Origin: Chara braunii
Lineage: Eukaryota; Plantae; Charophyceae
Assembly (NCBI GenBank): GCA_003427395.1
Contig: BFEA01000008.1
Location: forward strand, 1,483,670 to 1,547,667
Direction: 5' to 3'
Length of the DNA stretch: 63,998 nt
Part shown: positions 1 to 13,217 of the stretch, one piece after another
Numbering within the stretch: the first letter of the stretch is position 1
Layout: each line of letters starts with the position of its first letter
Position numbers and translations under genes: made by a program
Notes under the pieces: generated by a model
The model's input: only the letters and a program-made list of their open reading frames with translations
The model's database searches: none
Told to the model about the DNA's origin: nothing

Positions 1-69
1 CACACACACACATACACACCCCCGCGCACGCACACACACACACACACGCACACACACACACACACAATG

Positions 70-100
<31 letters not shown>

Positions 101-140
101 CGCTTTCTCTCTCTCTCTCTCACACACATACACACACACA
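1..140. repeat. (CA)n/(CT)n compound microsatellite
   Basis: Dinucleotide runs visible directly. Confidence 0.95.
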
Positions 141-1206
141 TTCAGTTTTCTATCGTCCAGTCTTTTTCCTGTTGCTTGTCCTCCCTCTAATTTTTTTCTA
201 AGTATTTTTCTGTGTGCCGAAATGTGCACCCTTAAGTAGTGCCAAACAGTCGGTAGGTCCTCGTTTGCAGTGCCAACTGCACTCTTAGGGAGGGCGCTCG
301 GTTTGGGATGTTTGTTTTGCCTATGGGTGATGACGGATGCTCGTCGGAGTGTCTCCCTGGCTTAGTGGGTGGCGAGAACCAACAGTCTGCGGGGTTCAAT
401 CATGATGTGAGTAGGTCATGCGCTGCTTTGCTCCGTGTTGGATGTGTGGACATCCTCGTCTGCGCTCCGCCGTTGCCCTGCTGCCTGTCCCGCTTGCTTC
501 GTGTGTGGTTCTTTCCATGTTGATGTGTTCGCTGTGCAGTGTGGCCATGTTGTTGGTGTTGCCTTGCGCTTCGCTGCTCCGCTGCCGTGCTGCTCATCCG
601 CTGGTCGTGCCTTCCGTGCTTGTCGCTTGTGTGCCCTGTAGGTTGGTTGCCTTGTTGATGGTGCCTTGTGCTCCGCTCCACGGTTGCCGACCTGCTGGTC
701 CGCTCACTCTGCCGTTCTTGGCAGTGTTGTTGCTTTGTTTGTCTTCTGCTTCACTACACGGTTGCCGCGCTGCATGCCATGTCGTTCCGACTGTTCCTTG
801 CAATCGTTTTTGGCGTTCTGCAGCCGTGTTGCCTCTACTGTGTTGCCTGGTGCTTCACAGGGTTGCTGCCCGCTGCTATGTTCCTCTTGGGGATAGTCTG
901 CCTCCATCAAGGGTTAAAGGGTTGATGACCCAAACCATCAAATACGGGGATTCCACAGATTGTCGAGGGTTTAGCCTTCAGATGAGTCGGTGCAACTCCG
1001 ACGAAACAATCTATCATCATCAATTTTTATTTTTTATTTTTTTCAGTTTTCTTGGTTTTGGTACTTGCCTTATTTGTTGGTTGTTGTCGTTTCCCTGCCT
1101 TATGTGCTGGTGTGTTGTCTGCCCTCCCGACTCCCCAATGCCCTCCAACCTATGTGTTGTCTTAATTTTTTTGGTACTTGCCTTATCCACTGTTTGTGTT
1201 GTTTGA
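141..1206 (-). repeat. Unclassified interspersed repeat, copy A (inverted relative to the copy at ~61790-62952)
   Basis: cacccttaagtagtgccaaacagtcgg (~227) is the reverse complement of ccgactgtttggcactacttaagggtg (62821). Colinear similarity runs for ~1.1 kb, and both copies abut a CA/GT microsatellite. Confidence 0.85.
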
Positions 1207-1457
1207 AACTGACTGTCTGACGGCTACCTTGTTTGAACGAATACTGGTTACATTGTTATATGATGAACAATGGTTGTGTTTTCATGAGAACGCGGTATTA
1301 CTCAGAAACTCGAGTAGATTTCGTTTTTCGCCACTACAAATAAAATATACCATACTTGCGAATGTTACCTAAGCTAGAGGTGTGTCGATGACCTGTCATC
1401 GGAGATTATACCTGGCATAGTGTAACTTGCCATGGGGTGCATTGAAGCACACACATC

Positions 1458-1504
<47 letters not shown>

Positions 1505-1711
1505 CCTTTTTAAAATTTTCTGCCTTGCTTTCTTGTTGCCTTGCTGTTTTGTTGCTTTGCTGCCTTGTTGCCTGCCGCTCATAGTGCTTCCCTGCTGATT
1601 GCCTTGTCGTTTGGCTGTGCACCCGCTTCCCGTTCGCCGTTCAATGTATTATGTTATTTTCAAGTTTGTTCTGTGTACACATCAAGTATAGTANNNNNNN
1701 NNNNNNNNNNN

Positions 1712-2188
1712 ACACACACACACACAAGAGAACACACCCCCCCACACACACAAGAGGACACACCCCCACACACACACCAACCCCACCCTGACCCTTTTTT
1801 TTTTTAATTTGTTTTCAATTTTTGCATTTTTTTTTTTTAACACCCAATTTCCTGACACAAACCCGAAAAACATTTCTCAAAAAATAAAGGACAACTCAGC
1901 GACCATGTCCCTCATGATAAAAATTAAAAAAAAAAAAAATCCTTTTTTTTTTTTTTTTTTTTTTTTTATTAATTTGTTTAAATCGAATTTCGGTTTTTAT
2001 TTTTTTTAAATATTAGACGAAGTCGGATTCCAAAATAAAAAATATAGGATTTTGGGGTTTTGCAAGCACTAGAACCCTATATCTATATATATATGTATAT
2101 ATCGTCACAAACAGATTTGTCCGGTAAATCGTGGGCAGAGAGAAAGAAGAGGACAACAAACGAGGGGCTGTGACAAACTGTTTCGTCG

Positions 2189-2222
<34 letters not shown>

Positions 2223-2357
2223 ATTTGACGATATATATATATATATTATGTATTTTTAGGGGTATAAAAAAATATTAAAAAAACAGGCTGATGATCGGGC
2301 CTCATTAGCCACGGCCGCGGCCGAATTGCCTGCGGCCTGGCCACGGGTATCACATAG
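1712..2357 (-). mobile_element. One end of a non-autonomous hAT-like DNA transposon (CTATGTGA terminus), same family as 54046-56037
   Basis: The reverse complement of 2281-2357 (ctatgtgatacccgtggccaggccgc...) matches 54046-54120, and 1967-2080 matches 54180-54290. The other end is not visible. It abuts the 3' end of the Gypsy gag fragment. Confidence 0.8.
2103..2230. mobile_element. Small (~128 bp) MITE-like insertion in a (TA)n tract
   Basis: Ends tatatCGTCACA...TTTGACGatata are inverted. The segment is absent from the (AT)n tract of the sister copy at ~54165. Confidence 0.5.
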
Positions 2358-2370
2358 CTCTCGACGATGC

Positions 2371-3921
2371 TCACTTTCCCGAAGGGAATTTGCCTTTGAC
2401 TTGCGTGGGGCACGTTGTGGTGTCGTGCACCGCGCTGTTGCACCACAAGCAGTATCGGTACTTGGTACGGATGTGGTACACGCCTTCCCAACTACCGTAA
2501 TGTGTCCAAGGCTCTTGAGCCGCTGGCCCGGCCCCGGGGGATGAATTAGTGTGTATCTTCGGTTTGCCGCGTCCTCGCCCTTTGGCGGGGCGGCCACCAT
2601 CCCGAGCGACTGCCAATCTGTCTTCTTCATTAGAAGAGGCAACCTCGTTTGAAGGGTTAGTCGGCGTAGTTGCTGTGACCATGGCCACTTTTGATCGATG
2701 TTGATCTCTTCCTTGGCTTGCAGAGGACGAACAACCTAAATTCTTGGTTTCGGTGTTCGTCAAGATGATCTGTGAGGCTTTCTCAAACAACTGCTCACTT
2801 GTGGTGAGCGTCTCCACAACTTGCGTCAAGGCGTTCTGCAACGCCGGGCAAGTCCTCCTGATGAAGAAGTGTTTAATGGCAACAAAGGTCGACGGCAAGT
2901 TGGGTGTGGACGCCAAGCGTTGGTACTCGGTTATACAACCTGTGCTTGGCAGGTCGTTCTGATAGAACCGTTGAAGTTTCTCGGTTGTTTGAAGCTCGGG
3001 CGGCTCCACTTGGAACCGCTTATGCCATGTTGCCTTGAGATCAGCCCAGTTGATCTTCGTATGCAGCTCGGAGACTGCGATGGTGTGCGTGGACAACATG
3101 TTGTCCAACCATGCCTGGTACGCGCCCCCTGAGCGGGAGTATAAGTATGCGTGCTGGTTTGGGTTGCTGACGTGGTGAATGTCCAACTTCAACTCGAATT
3201 GGCGCTACCATGGAATCGGGTCCGTCGTCGCTGCATCGCAGAAGATCGGCAGGTCGTCAAACTTCGGGATGCTCTCGCGAGTAGTTGCAGTCGGACTGGC
3301 TACGACGACACAAATCTGCTGGTCAATCCGCTTATTTGTCGCCAGAGTGCCGTCCTTGAGAGTCCCGACGTCGATTTCCAAGATGTTGACACGGTCCGTC
3401 AAGATGGAGGGTCCGGCGGGGGTGGCTGTTGTAGGCTGTTGTTACAGCCGGCGTACCAGGTTAAGCAGTTCATCGATAAGTTGAGCCTGCTTTCGGACCA
3501 GAGTGGCTATGCAGAGGATTTCCTCTTGCTGTGCTACACAGGTGGCGACCTAGTCGCTCACATGTTCGATTGTGGTTGCAGGGCCACGCACAACAGAGGG
3601 GGCATCCTGCTCTTCAGCAGCCACTGCCCATTCGCCGGCGATCACCTCGATGTCCCCCTCGGATTCGAGAATTTTGTCTCGGCATAGTGGACGACATTTG
3701 TCTGCGGCCTTCCTTGCTGCCTTCGCGTCCTCCTGTCGCTTTTGTTCAGCGAGGCGCCGCTGTTCCTCTGCTTCCTCATTTTCCTTCTTATGTGCAAATG
3801 TTGCCGCAACTGCCCGTTGCTTGAACTCTGCTACCATGCCCAGCATGCGGGTCTCATAGGCCTCGGTCGTCTCTCCCGGCTGCTGATCCATGCCGCTTGT
3901 CTTTGAGCGGGTGAGCACCAT
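2371..3921 (-). pseudogene. gag: Ty3/Gypsy gag, degenerate, with CCHC zinc knuckle
   Basis: ORF pieces 3550-3921, 3205-3402 and 2371-3192 read MVLTRS...PKFDDLPIFC...PIPW*...CLWCNSAVHDTTTC (Cx2Cx4Hx4C). They lie downstream of an LTR and PBS. pol is absent. Confidence 0.85.
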
Positions 3922-4721
3922 GCACTAACGTGACCTGCTGCTGAGGTGACTGGTTGCTGACGTGGCACTGCTGACGAGTCCTGCTAACATGACAACTTAC
4001 CAATGTTGCCGCAAGGGTTACCTGGAGACAGATAGAGAAGACCAGAGGGGGCAACAACATAGGTGGAAAGGGGTGGGTTGATCGCCCGGATAAGGAGCCA
4101 CTAATCAAAAAGAAAAGTTTGAACTTCGCAAAAAAAATTCGAGAGAGAAAAAAATACTCGTTTGCAAGTTCAGTAGGGTCCCAATTCCCCCGGAAGTGCT
4201 AAATAATCAGAAATTACCAATGAGGAAAAAATTTCGAACTTTCAGACTGCAAACGAATTCCGAAAATAAAATACAAAAAAATATTCGGAATTACTAAGAT
4301 GAGAGTACGCGCAGTTTGGAAAATGATAACTGCAAGAGGGATTTCCCGTACCGTTTTCAAAAAAACGAATTTTGGAAATTCAAAAAAAATATTTTGGATT
4401 TCCAAATAACAGGAAATTGCAAAAGGAAATCGAAATTTTCGAAAAAAAAGATATTTCGGATTTCCAACAATGAAATTTTGATTTTTCAGAAGAAAAACGA
4501 AAATGGAAATTTTGGGTGTTGCGCTATTGCGATTTTCCACAACAGAAATAACGGGAGAACAAAATCCAAGAAAAAAAAAAAATTTTGATTTTCGACAGTT
4601 CGGTCAAAAGCATGATTTTGGGGGCTAATTAGTAATGCTCTAATCATCAATCAATTAAAACTAATTAACTACTTAGTCCCCGCACACGTGTCAGATCAGG
4701 CTGTCCTGATTCACATGAGGT

Positions 4722-4733
4722 GCTCCGATACCA
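4722..4733 (-). promoter_or_regulatory. Primer-binding site, tRNA-iMet type
   Basis: Minus strand reads TGGTATCGGAGC (canonical TGGTATCAGAGC), 2 nt from the LTR terminus. Confidence 0.9.
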
Positions 4734-4735
4734 AC

Positions 4736-6098
4736 TGATACATGCCCAGTTGGGCGATGTACATATATAGCCAAAGATCCGCAATATGATGAAAAGGACC
4801 GAATGGACAATGCAGTGTTAGTAGAATCTCAACAAGCAGTGTACATCTTGATACATACAAACATGGTGCTTTGAAGCGCAGTGGAAGACTTAGATAGAAG
4901 TCCTGACCTGACCAGGACTGACCTCCCTCACGTAGTACACGACAACGTAGCGAAATGCTAGAATACCAATGACTAGCCCAACCAATGTCGCAATGCAGAC
5001 CCAACATACATCATCCTCATCACAAGGTGTGAAGGGGCCTGGCGCTATACACAAGAGGACTGCGCCAGGTCCAGACCATACACGAACGAAGAGGAGGGGA
5101 TCAGACGAAGAAGAGGGGGAAGATGGGAATGTCGTCAACACCAAGTCTTCAATACAAGTCCCAGATAATCCCTCGTCAAATGTTTGAAGCCCGATGTCGA
5201 GTCTGGATCCAAATGTCACCAATCCCGCTCTCTCTCTCTCTCTCTCTCGTAGTCTGCTGATGCAGTGAAGTCAGGTAGCAAGAGGTGAGAGGGAGATGGT
5301 GGATTGAGACGAGGAAGAAGAAGAACTCTCTCTCTCTCTCATGTGTGCCAGGTACTAACCTGTGAAGATGGCGCTGTGCTGCAGGTACCTCGAAGACGAA
5401 GCTGGAGCCATGACGCTGCAGGTAAGTCTCCCTGGCCTCCGCCCAATCTCTCTCTTTCTCCAGTACTACTCTAGCTCCTACCAGCGCCCAACGCTAAAGA
5501 CTTCTGCTAACGCTACTACTACTACTGCAACACTCCTCCAGAGTGCTGCTGCCGAATCCTGAAGACTACCTCCTGCCTCCTAAACTGCACGTGAAGTGCC
5601 TGGGAAGTCCATATGAAATACCTGCAGCCTGCAGGGCGGGCCAGTCTTATATAGTGCTGGCCCGTCCAGGAGGCTGCTCTTGCCAATGCCAAAACGCGCC
5701 AGACCCTGGCGTTGAAGCTCAAACAAGGGTTGTCTTGAAAACAGGCCCAAAATGGCTTGTGCTAAAAGCCTGGTCTGGTGCTTGAGTTTCAGAGCAGGTC
5801 GATCTTATGAGGGCCTAAAAATGGCCCTCCATTTCAGGCCGAAAAGACTCAGGGCCTGAAGGGCCCTGTTTTAGGTTGAAGCGACACAGGGCCTGTAGAC
5901 CCTTCTTTTCAGGCTTTCAGGCTGAAACGACATAGGGCCTGTAGGCCCTTGTTTTCAGGCTTTCGGGTTGGAACTACACGGGGCCTGTAGGCGCTTGTTT
6001 TCAGGCTTTTAGGCTGAAAACGACATAGGGCCTGTAGGTCGTTCAACACGGGGCCTGAAAATGGCCCGTGCAGCCTGTTGTGGGCACAGCATGTAACA
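4736..6098 (-). mobile_element. 5' LTR (~1.36 kb) of a minus-strand Gypsy element
   Basis: TG...CA termini with 9/10 inverted match (tgatacatgc / gcatgtaaca), adjacent to the PBS. Contains short gggcctgt...ttcaggct repeats at 5810-6070. Confidence 0.85.
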
Positions 6099-7532
6099 CC
6101 ACTGAGGACGGAAACTAGAGATACTCTGGGGGAGTGACAAAACATGACTAGAAATCCAGTTGATGATAGAGGTAATAGGAGCGGATGGTGGCCATGAGCC
6201 TGCTGAGGATAAAAACTGGAGATGCTCTAGGTAAGAACAACCTCCGATAACAAAGGGTTCAAGAACATAGAATCCAAGATAATAACCAGAGGGATCTGAT
6301 GATTATAAGGTTAGGATCTCTCTAACATGGAAACAAGGGTTCACCTACGAGACTTGCAGTAGAATGTCTACCCCTAGCACTCGAAGTACCTGTATGACAG
6401 GGCTTGTCCGACTACGCTTCAATCAAGGCTGGGAAGGGAGGTGTTGCGTACCGTAACGGTACAGACCAGAACAAGAACCGACCTCTCTCACATAGTACAG
6501 GATAGCGCAGCGGAAGGCTAAAATACCAATGATTAGACTAATCAATGTCGCAATGCAGACCAGACATACATCATCATCATTGCAAGGTGTGAAGGGCCTG
6601 GCCCAACACTAAGGAGGAATGCGCTAGGCTCCAAACATACACAGACGAAAGGAGGGGGAATAGACGAAGATGGGGGAGAAGATGAGAATGTCGCCAACAC
6701 CAGTGTCGTTGATATCGATCCCATGTTTGAAAAGCCATAATGAGAGAGTAGCCTTGATGAGGAAGAGGGATTTTGTTGGTGAGATGATCTAGCTGGCACA
6801 TGATTTTGTCTTGGCTCCTAGGTCTTTAAAAGTAGATTTGGTCTTATGGATCAAATATCGATATTGGTGTTTTCTTTTCTTACTGTTGTTAACGCTTTCG
6901 TAAAATACATCCTTTGGAATCTACTCACGAGTCACGATAACCCGATAAGGTAGTATGGGTGGCGGCACTACGGAGGCAGTGTGAGTGCTACCAGCAGTGG
7001 TGGGAATGCTCCTTGCTTGTAGTTAGCATAATTGGGGTAGGAAGCAAACTTGAACTGTATCCATAGTGATCTTGGTCCATTGATTGATATTGTCTTTGAA
7101 GATTCAAGGGTGCGTAGTGGGAAACTCGTCTTGGCGGTTCAGGCTTCCTCGAGTTTATAGATTCGTACTTGGTCTCTTTTCTGTAAGATCTTGAAGCGAA
7201 GCTGAGTAAGGCTCCCAAAGAGATTAGCAAGAGACCCGGGATATGAATTCTTCAGTAGTTCTTGGTTGTTTTGCTCCCCTTATTCCGGATTCCTGAAAGT
7301 TCTGCTCCAGTTGCTCACTTTCATTGTAGTTGCATACCATGGGATGCTGGACCTGGTTTCTAGCACAAGCTTCACTACCAGGTTGAGATGTTGAGGGATT
7401 CCCGACCTCATTCAATTACTTTTATAATATAAGCTGCGACTTTATCTAAAAAAATATATATATATATAGTCTCCCATCGATGTCTCCTTCCCCAGGTTGA
7501 GTCTGTATCCAAATGTCGTCAACATCCCGAAG

Positions 7533-7593
<61 letters not shown>

Positions 7594-7594
7594 N

Positions 7595-7689
<95 letters not shown>

Positions 7690-8073
7690 GTCTGTCAGAT
7701 AACGAGAAGTCAGGTAGCGAGAGGGTGAGGAAGAGATGCTGGACTTAGAAGAGGAAGAAGAAGAACTCTCTCTCTCTCTCTTTCTGAGTCTGGTACTAAC
7801 CTGTGAAGGTGGAGCCTTGTTGCAGGTACATCAAAGATGAAGCTGGAGGTATGGCGCCACAAGTAAGTCTCCCTGGCCTCCGATAACTCTCTCTCTCTCT
7901 CTCCAACGCTACTCTACGCTCCTAACAACGTCCAACGCTGAAAACTAATCCTAGCGCTAGCTGCTACTACTGCAGCGCTCCTGCAGAGTGTTGCGGCTGA
8001 CTCCTGAAGACAGCCTCCTGCACTGCTCGTGAAGTGCCTGTGAAGTCCCTGTGAACTGCCTGCAACCTGCAGG
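6099..8073 (-). mobile_element. Older related LTR, left part, interrupted by the LINE at 8074
   Basis: 6465-6710 parallels 4905-5150 and 7495-8073 parallels 5200-5635. Similarity stops abruptly at ...cctgcagg (8073). Left boundary uncertain. Confidence 0.75.
7540..7687. repeat. (CT)n microsatellite expansion inside the LTR
   Basis: Visible directly; the equivalent position in the LTR at 5228 has a much shorter run. Confidence 0.95.
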
Positions 8074-11000
8074 ATACTAAGGAAAACATCCTCAATAGGG
8101 GGGTAGATTGGGAGACACAGGAATGAACGCAATTACTCAAAAGATAGGGGAGGGTAAGATGTTGCATAATCATATCCCACGATGGACTGGGTAGACATGG
8201 TGTATGGGAAAAATAAAAAGTGGAAACACATTCTACAGCAAGCAGACTTAGATATTAATGTGAATGGTCTAGCCTCCCACAACCAGGAAAAAATCAAAGC
8301 ATTGTGGGACCTGATGAGGGGGGTTGGGGAAGATCGTGGCCAAATGTAGCCTGCGTTCAGGAGACCCACCTAATGGACACACTAGAACACCACAGGGCAC
8401 ACAAACAAGCCTGGCCCTTCCAAAGCTATCAAGCGTTTGCCCCTTGTCCGGGGACCTCTGATGTAGCAATTTGGATTCCACCCCAATCGCTATTGGAAGT
8501 ACTCAACTGGGAGAAGGATGAGGAGTAGGGACGATGGGTCAAAACACTGGGCATGTTGGATCTGGAAATCGTGTGCATTGTTTCTATGTATGCTCCCAAC
8601 ACGACTTGCGAACGAAGGACATTTTTTGAAAAAATGGAAACCATTCCTACCCCAGATGTCCCTCTGGTACTAGCATGAGACTTCAATGCCGCACCAGACA
8701 TGTGGTTGGACCGATGGAAAGTCTCTCACACCTCCGCACACAACGCGGAGGAGGACGAACAAATGTTGAGAGACATGTGCACCCCGCTCTCGCTTTTTGA
8801 TACTTTCAGACGTAGCTACCCCACCGAAAGAATCTTTACTTGCATCCTAAACAATGACCCTGTCAAACGTTCTTAATCCCGAATCAATCTAATTTTGGCT
8901 TCAGAGGGGCTAAGAGGGGGGCTCTCGGTGACGACAATATTACCGACCAGCGCATATCACGGGCTAGACCACAGAATGTGTATGGCGGTGTGGACGTTTC
9001 ATAAACGGCCAGACCAGGGGGGCAGTTACTATAAACTAAACACCTCCTTACTTAAAACCAACTTTTTTCAGAAGTACCTACAGCAAGCCTGGGACTTCTG
9101 GAAAGACCACCGCCCCCAACAAGAATCACAAATCGCCTGGTTTAACAATGGTCTGTTTTTCATGGTCAAAAAATATAACGAATACTCCAAACATCTAGCC
9201 GCTCATAGATACCAGCAAGAAGTCACAATCATGCAAAACTTGGTGAATGCAGAACATGAGCAAAACTCGCAAGGGCAGGAACAGAGGACTGCTGAACTAC
9301 AAACCCGCATATAAGAATTGAAAGATCAACTTCTCAAGCATGCACAGTACAGATGGCAAGGAGCCCAAACAAGGACAAGGCTATCTATATTCTCTACTGA
9401 AGGGGTGATGGATTCTCACTTCTTCAGTTTGGCTAGAGCACGTATTCAAAGAACCACAATCGAAGCGCTTTACGAACCAAATGTCAGGAAAGCAGACTCG
9501 GCCACAACCACAACTCGCTACACAAAGATAACACATGATTTCTACAAAGATCTCTTTTCATCACATATAGATAAATCGGACGCACCACACCACGATCGCC
9601 TGATAAAAGAATTCATAGAACCAGTCAAAAAAACACTAACACCTGAACAACGTAATTCTTTAAAAGTCTCACTCTCCAAAAATAAGATATGGACCGCCCT
9701 TCTACAAATGAAGAAGGATAAGGTGCCCGGGATAGATGACTTCCCTAAAGAGTTATGGGAAACCACATGGGATTTCATAGGCCAGAAAGTTATGGACTTC
9801 TACAACGAAGTGTGGCTCACAGGGGAGATGGGAGAAAGGGAGGGATAAAATGGATATTAGGAACTACAGATCAATAACGCTTCTTACAGTAGTGTACAAA
9901 ATGTTGCCCAAAGCCCTGACAAACAAAATGATCCCGATAATGGAGGATATCATCGATCCCGATAATGGAGGATATCATCCATCCAACACAAACCGACTTC
10001 ATGGAAAACAGAAACATACAAGAAAACATTATGTTGATCAACGAGATCCTCTAGCTCACGAGACACTCTCGCCAAAATACGGCCTTAATCTTCATCGACT
10101 TCGAAAAGGCTTATAACCATGTGGATTGGTTGTTTTTGGATAGGTGCCTAAGAAAAATGAACTTTGGGTCGGACTTCAGACGCTGGATATAAATCCTACA
10201 CCAAAACGTCACTACATGTATCCAAGTCAATGGAAGTCTTGGGCCACCCCTACACTTGGAGTGATCGGTCCGCCAAGGGGACCCTATTGCCCCCTTCCTT
10301 CTCCTAGTCATTATGGAGGCACTAGCCGCCAACCTTCGGGCAAACAAAAATATTTCTAAAATACGAGTCACACACATCCCGAAGGAGGCAATCCCGATGT
10401 TTGTTCGCGGATGATCTCACAATAATGGTTGAGGCCACAAACCGTAACATGGAGGAAATCCAACAAATGATGGAAAGGTTTGCCAAGGTTTCTGACATGA
10501 TAGTCAACTACGGTTCTAAGACTTAAGGATGGTGGATTTATTACCAAGGGGAACCCCCTCCAAAGTCATCACGCATTGCATGGATGTCATTAGAAACCCC
10601 AATAAGAATCACAGGGGTATTCATGACCACAGAGGGACGACCACCGATCAACGACGAGTGGATCAGCGCCGCAGCTCTGCACAAACTAAACAACTGGAGA
10701 AACAAACACACATCCCTTTTTGATCGAGCCATAGTACTCAATAATGTGGTTTTCGCATCACTATGGTACAAGTCCTTACTGTGGTCATTGAGTAAAGCGG
10801 CTTTGAGGGGTCTAAGGAAAAAGGCAACTGCTTTTCTATGGAGAGGGGATGGAGAGCAGAATAATGCAATAACCTAAGTGGCCTGGGACTCAATTATCCA
10901 ACCAAAAGCAGGGGGAGACTTGATAATACTTGATTCGGCCACGGGGTGCAGGCATTACGAGTGAAATGGATTAAAAAGCTGATATTTGCCCCCCCAAGCT

Positions 11001-13217
11001 CGTGGTGTGTTTTAGCCTTGGAACATTTGGCCCGATTGGCCCCGGCTACCCCCCATATGATTCACCCGCTGACTTGGCTAGAGGACCATTTTTTGACAAC
11101 ACCACGCAAACTCCCACAAGGAAGGGAGGGATCGGAGGGAGGGGGTCAGACGCTGGACAACTTTTGACCATCTCTGTTAAAAACCTGGCGCAAACTCCCG
11201 CTCCCAGACAGAACCCACCCCAACCGTTGGGAGGCGGTGCATCGCCAACCCCTCTTCGAAAATAGATGGGTGACGGACACGAGGGGCTGCGTTATGACGA
11301 GCTCATCACTACCCTGGAAGAGTTGGGTTAAACACGGTATACTCAGGGTAGGGGATCTTTGAGACAATGAAAGGCAAGACTGGAAAACAGGGGACCAACT
11401 GCGAGCAACCTTGAGATACTGCCATCACGTAGAGAAACTTTTAGAAAACCTTATTGAAGTCATTCCCTCGGAATGGTACCAGATCCTCAAACGTGGCCCC
11501 ACCTTGAGAGAAGAAGATTGGGTGGCAAGCACAGGGACCCCACTGAGGATTGGTTTGATACATATGGTTTCGCCCCAAACAGTCTTGGTCGAGTACTACG
11601 TTATCACCAAAGCGAGCACCCTCCAAAGGAGTAGAGCACCCTTAGAATAGAGAGATAGAACATCAGTGCACCGAGTGAGAGTCATCGAAGAGAAGGGACA
11701 GAGGGTGGCATCCCAGCCAGACAAACCAATCCAGGATTTGACTCTGGACCCAGTGCAATGAGTTTGGCAGCCCACCCAAAAGAGGGGAGCCCCCAAGATA
11801 AGTCACATTAGTCCGCACCAGCTTTCGGTCAAATCAGCCTATAAAATGCTCAAACCTAAACGGTATCTGAAAGATATGATTAACGATAGATGGGCCAGAC
11901 ACCTAAATGTGGACCGGATTCTCCTGTCACCGATCCAATGAAGATATCACAGTAGAATATTAGACTTCTTAAAAAACAGAAGTTACGTTTTTTATTATGG
12001 ACTTAGCCCATGAAATTTACCTCCCTGCAATGGCAGATAGCCACCGTTGTTTGCCAACCAATGACTTGCTAATTGACCGCACAAACCTCGAACAAAAAGG
12101 CATGTTGCTTCCATTGTGTTAGCGGTATCAAAGTCTCTTCCCCTCCCACACGAAGGCGAAAACCATTGAATATATTTTCATGCAATGTCCAATTGCTCAA
12201 TACATATGGAGGTGGTGGGACCGTATATGGCGGAAAATGGAACCAGACATCTCCTAGCCTTGGCCATCGCAAGCCATACTGGCGGGACATTGGTTGTCGG
12301 CAGGAACAACCACGACCTTCGTAGAGAACATGTACAAGTTGAGGAGGAGTGCAGTGATATGGGCACTCTGGTGGCAAAGATGCACCCTGGTCCCTGGTTA
12401 TGGAAAAGGTACGGGTGGAGGGCGCAGAGATCACAAAACAGATTCAGCAGCAGGTACATCTTGAACTCATACGTAGATGGCCGAACACAAAAACTCAATT
12501 AGATCTTTTCGGACAAATTGGAGATGTAAAGAGACGGATTACGACCTTTTGCACGTACTGGGTAGGAGGGGAAAGAGAAGGATGGATTGCAAAAGTAGAA
12601 TGGAGTGGGGATCGAGGAGAAGGGTTGCGAGATTTCGAAAGAATGAGAGACTACCGCCTAGTGTTCAAGGACTGGACTAACGTAGAGGCCTCATTCCCAT
12701 TACACCCTCCCTCGGACTTCCCAGATCCCTTCCCACCCCACGCCCTGTCACTTGAAGAAACCTTGTCCTAAATGTGTCACTGATAACCCGTCTCTCCTCT
12801 ATATCTTTTACGTCCTCCCTGGAGGGGGGCAGGACCCTGGGTTATCTGAGCAATCTCTGACATCGGGCAGGGTTTGGAGTGAGCAGCTGCCCTTGAATAG
12901 TATCAGCCTTTAATTGTTTATCTGGCGCCCTTCATCTGAGGGTGAAGAGATACAGAAGACAATGGTGGTTCTCCAAGCTCACAAAGGACTACACCACTGA
13001 ACACTCTATAGGCCTGCTCAGTCAATCCCCTAGGTTCCAGGGCGATCAATGCTGGCAGGCCCCACAGTCACTGTTCTCACTTTTTCTCAGACATTCGCAT
13101 ATATTCTCTTTGTAAAATAGGACGCAGGACTCGATTTCCGGCAGGTGATGCTCCCCACCGATACATGGAGCCTCTCCCCAAGTGTTAGTGGTGTCTGCTC
13201 TTATCAACAGCACTAAC
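8074..13217 (+). mobile_element. LINE (L1/Tx1-like), decayed ORF2 with APE endonuclease, RT and C-terminal Cys/His region, plus 3' UTR
   Basis: Endonuclease motifs NVNGL, VQETH, SMYAP, DFN, SRINL, DH, KLNTSLL. RT motifs K.PG.D, NYRSITLL, IDFEKAY..VDW, SVRQGDP.AP, LFADD. Also ETIEYIF..C. Many stops and frameshifts; the 3' end runs into an N-gap. Confidence 0.95.

Noticed and set aside
13186-13206. gtggtgtctgctcttatca resembles U2 snRNA gtagtatctgttcttatca (a Keno-type Tx1 target)
   Set aside because: The match is short, flanking U2 sequence is absent, and it is explained as the loop of the LINE terminal hairpin, whose other copies lack the wider match.
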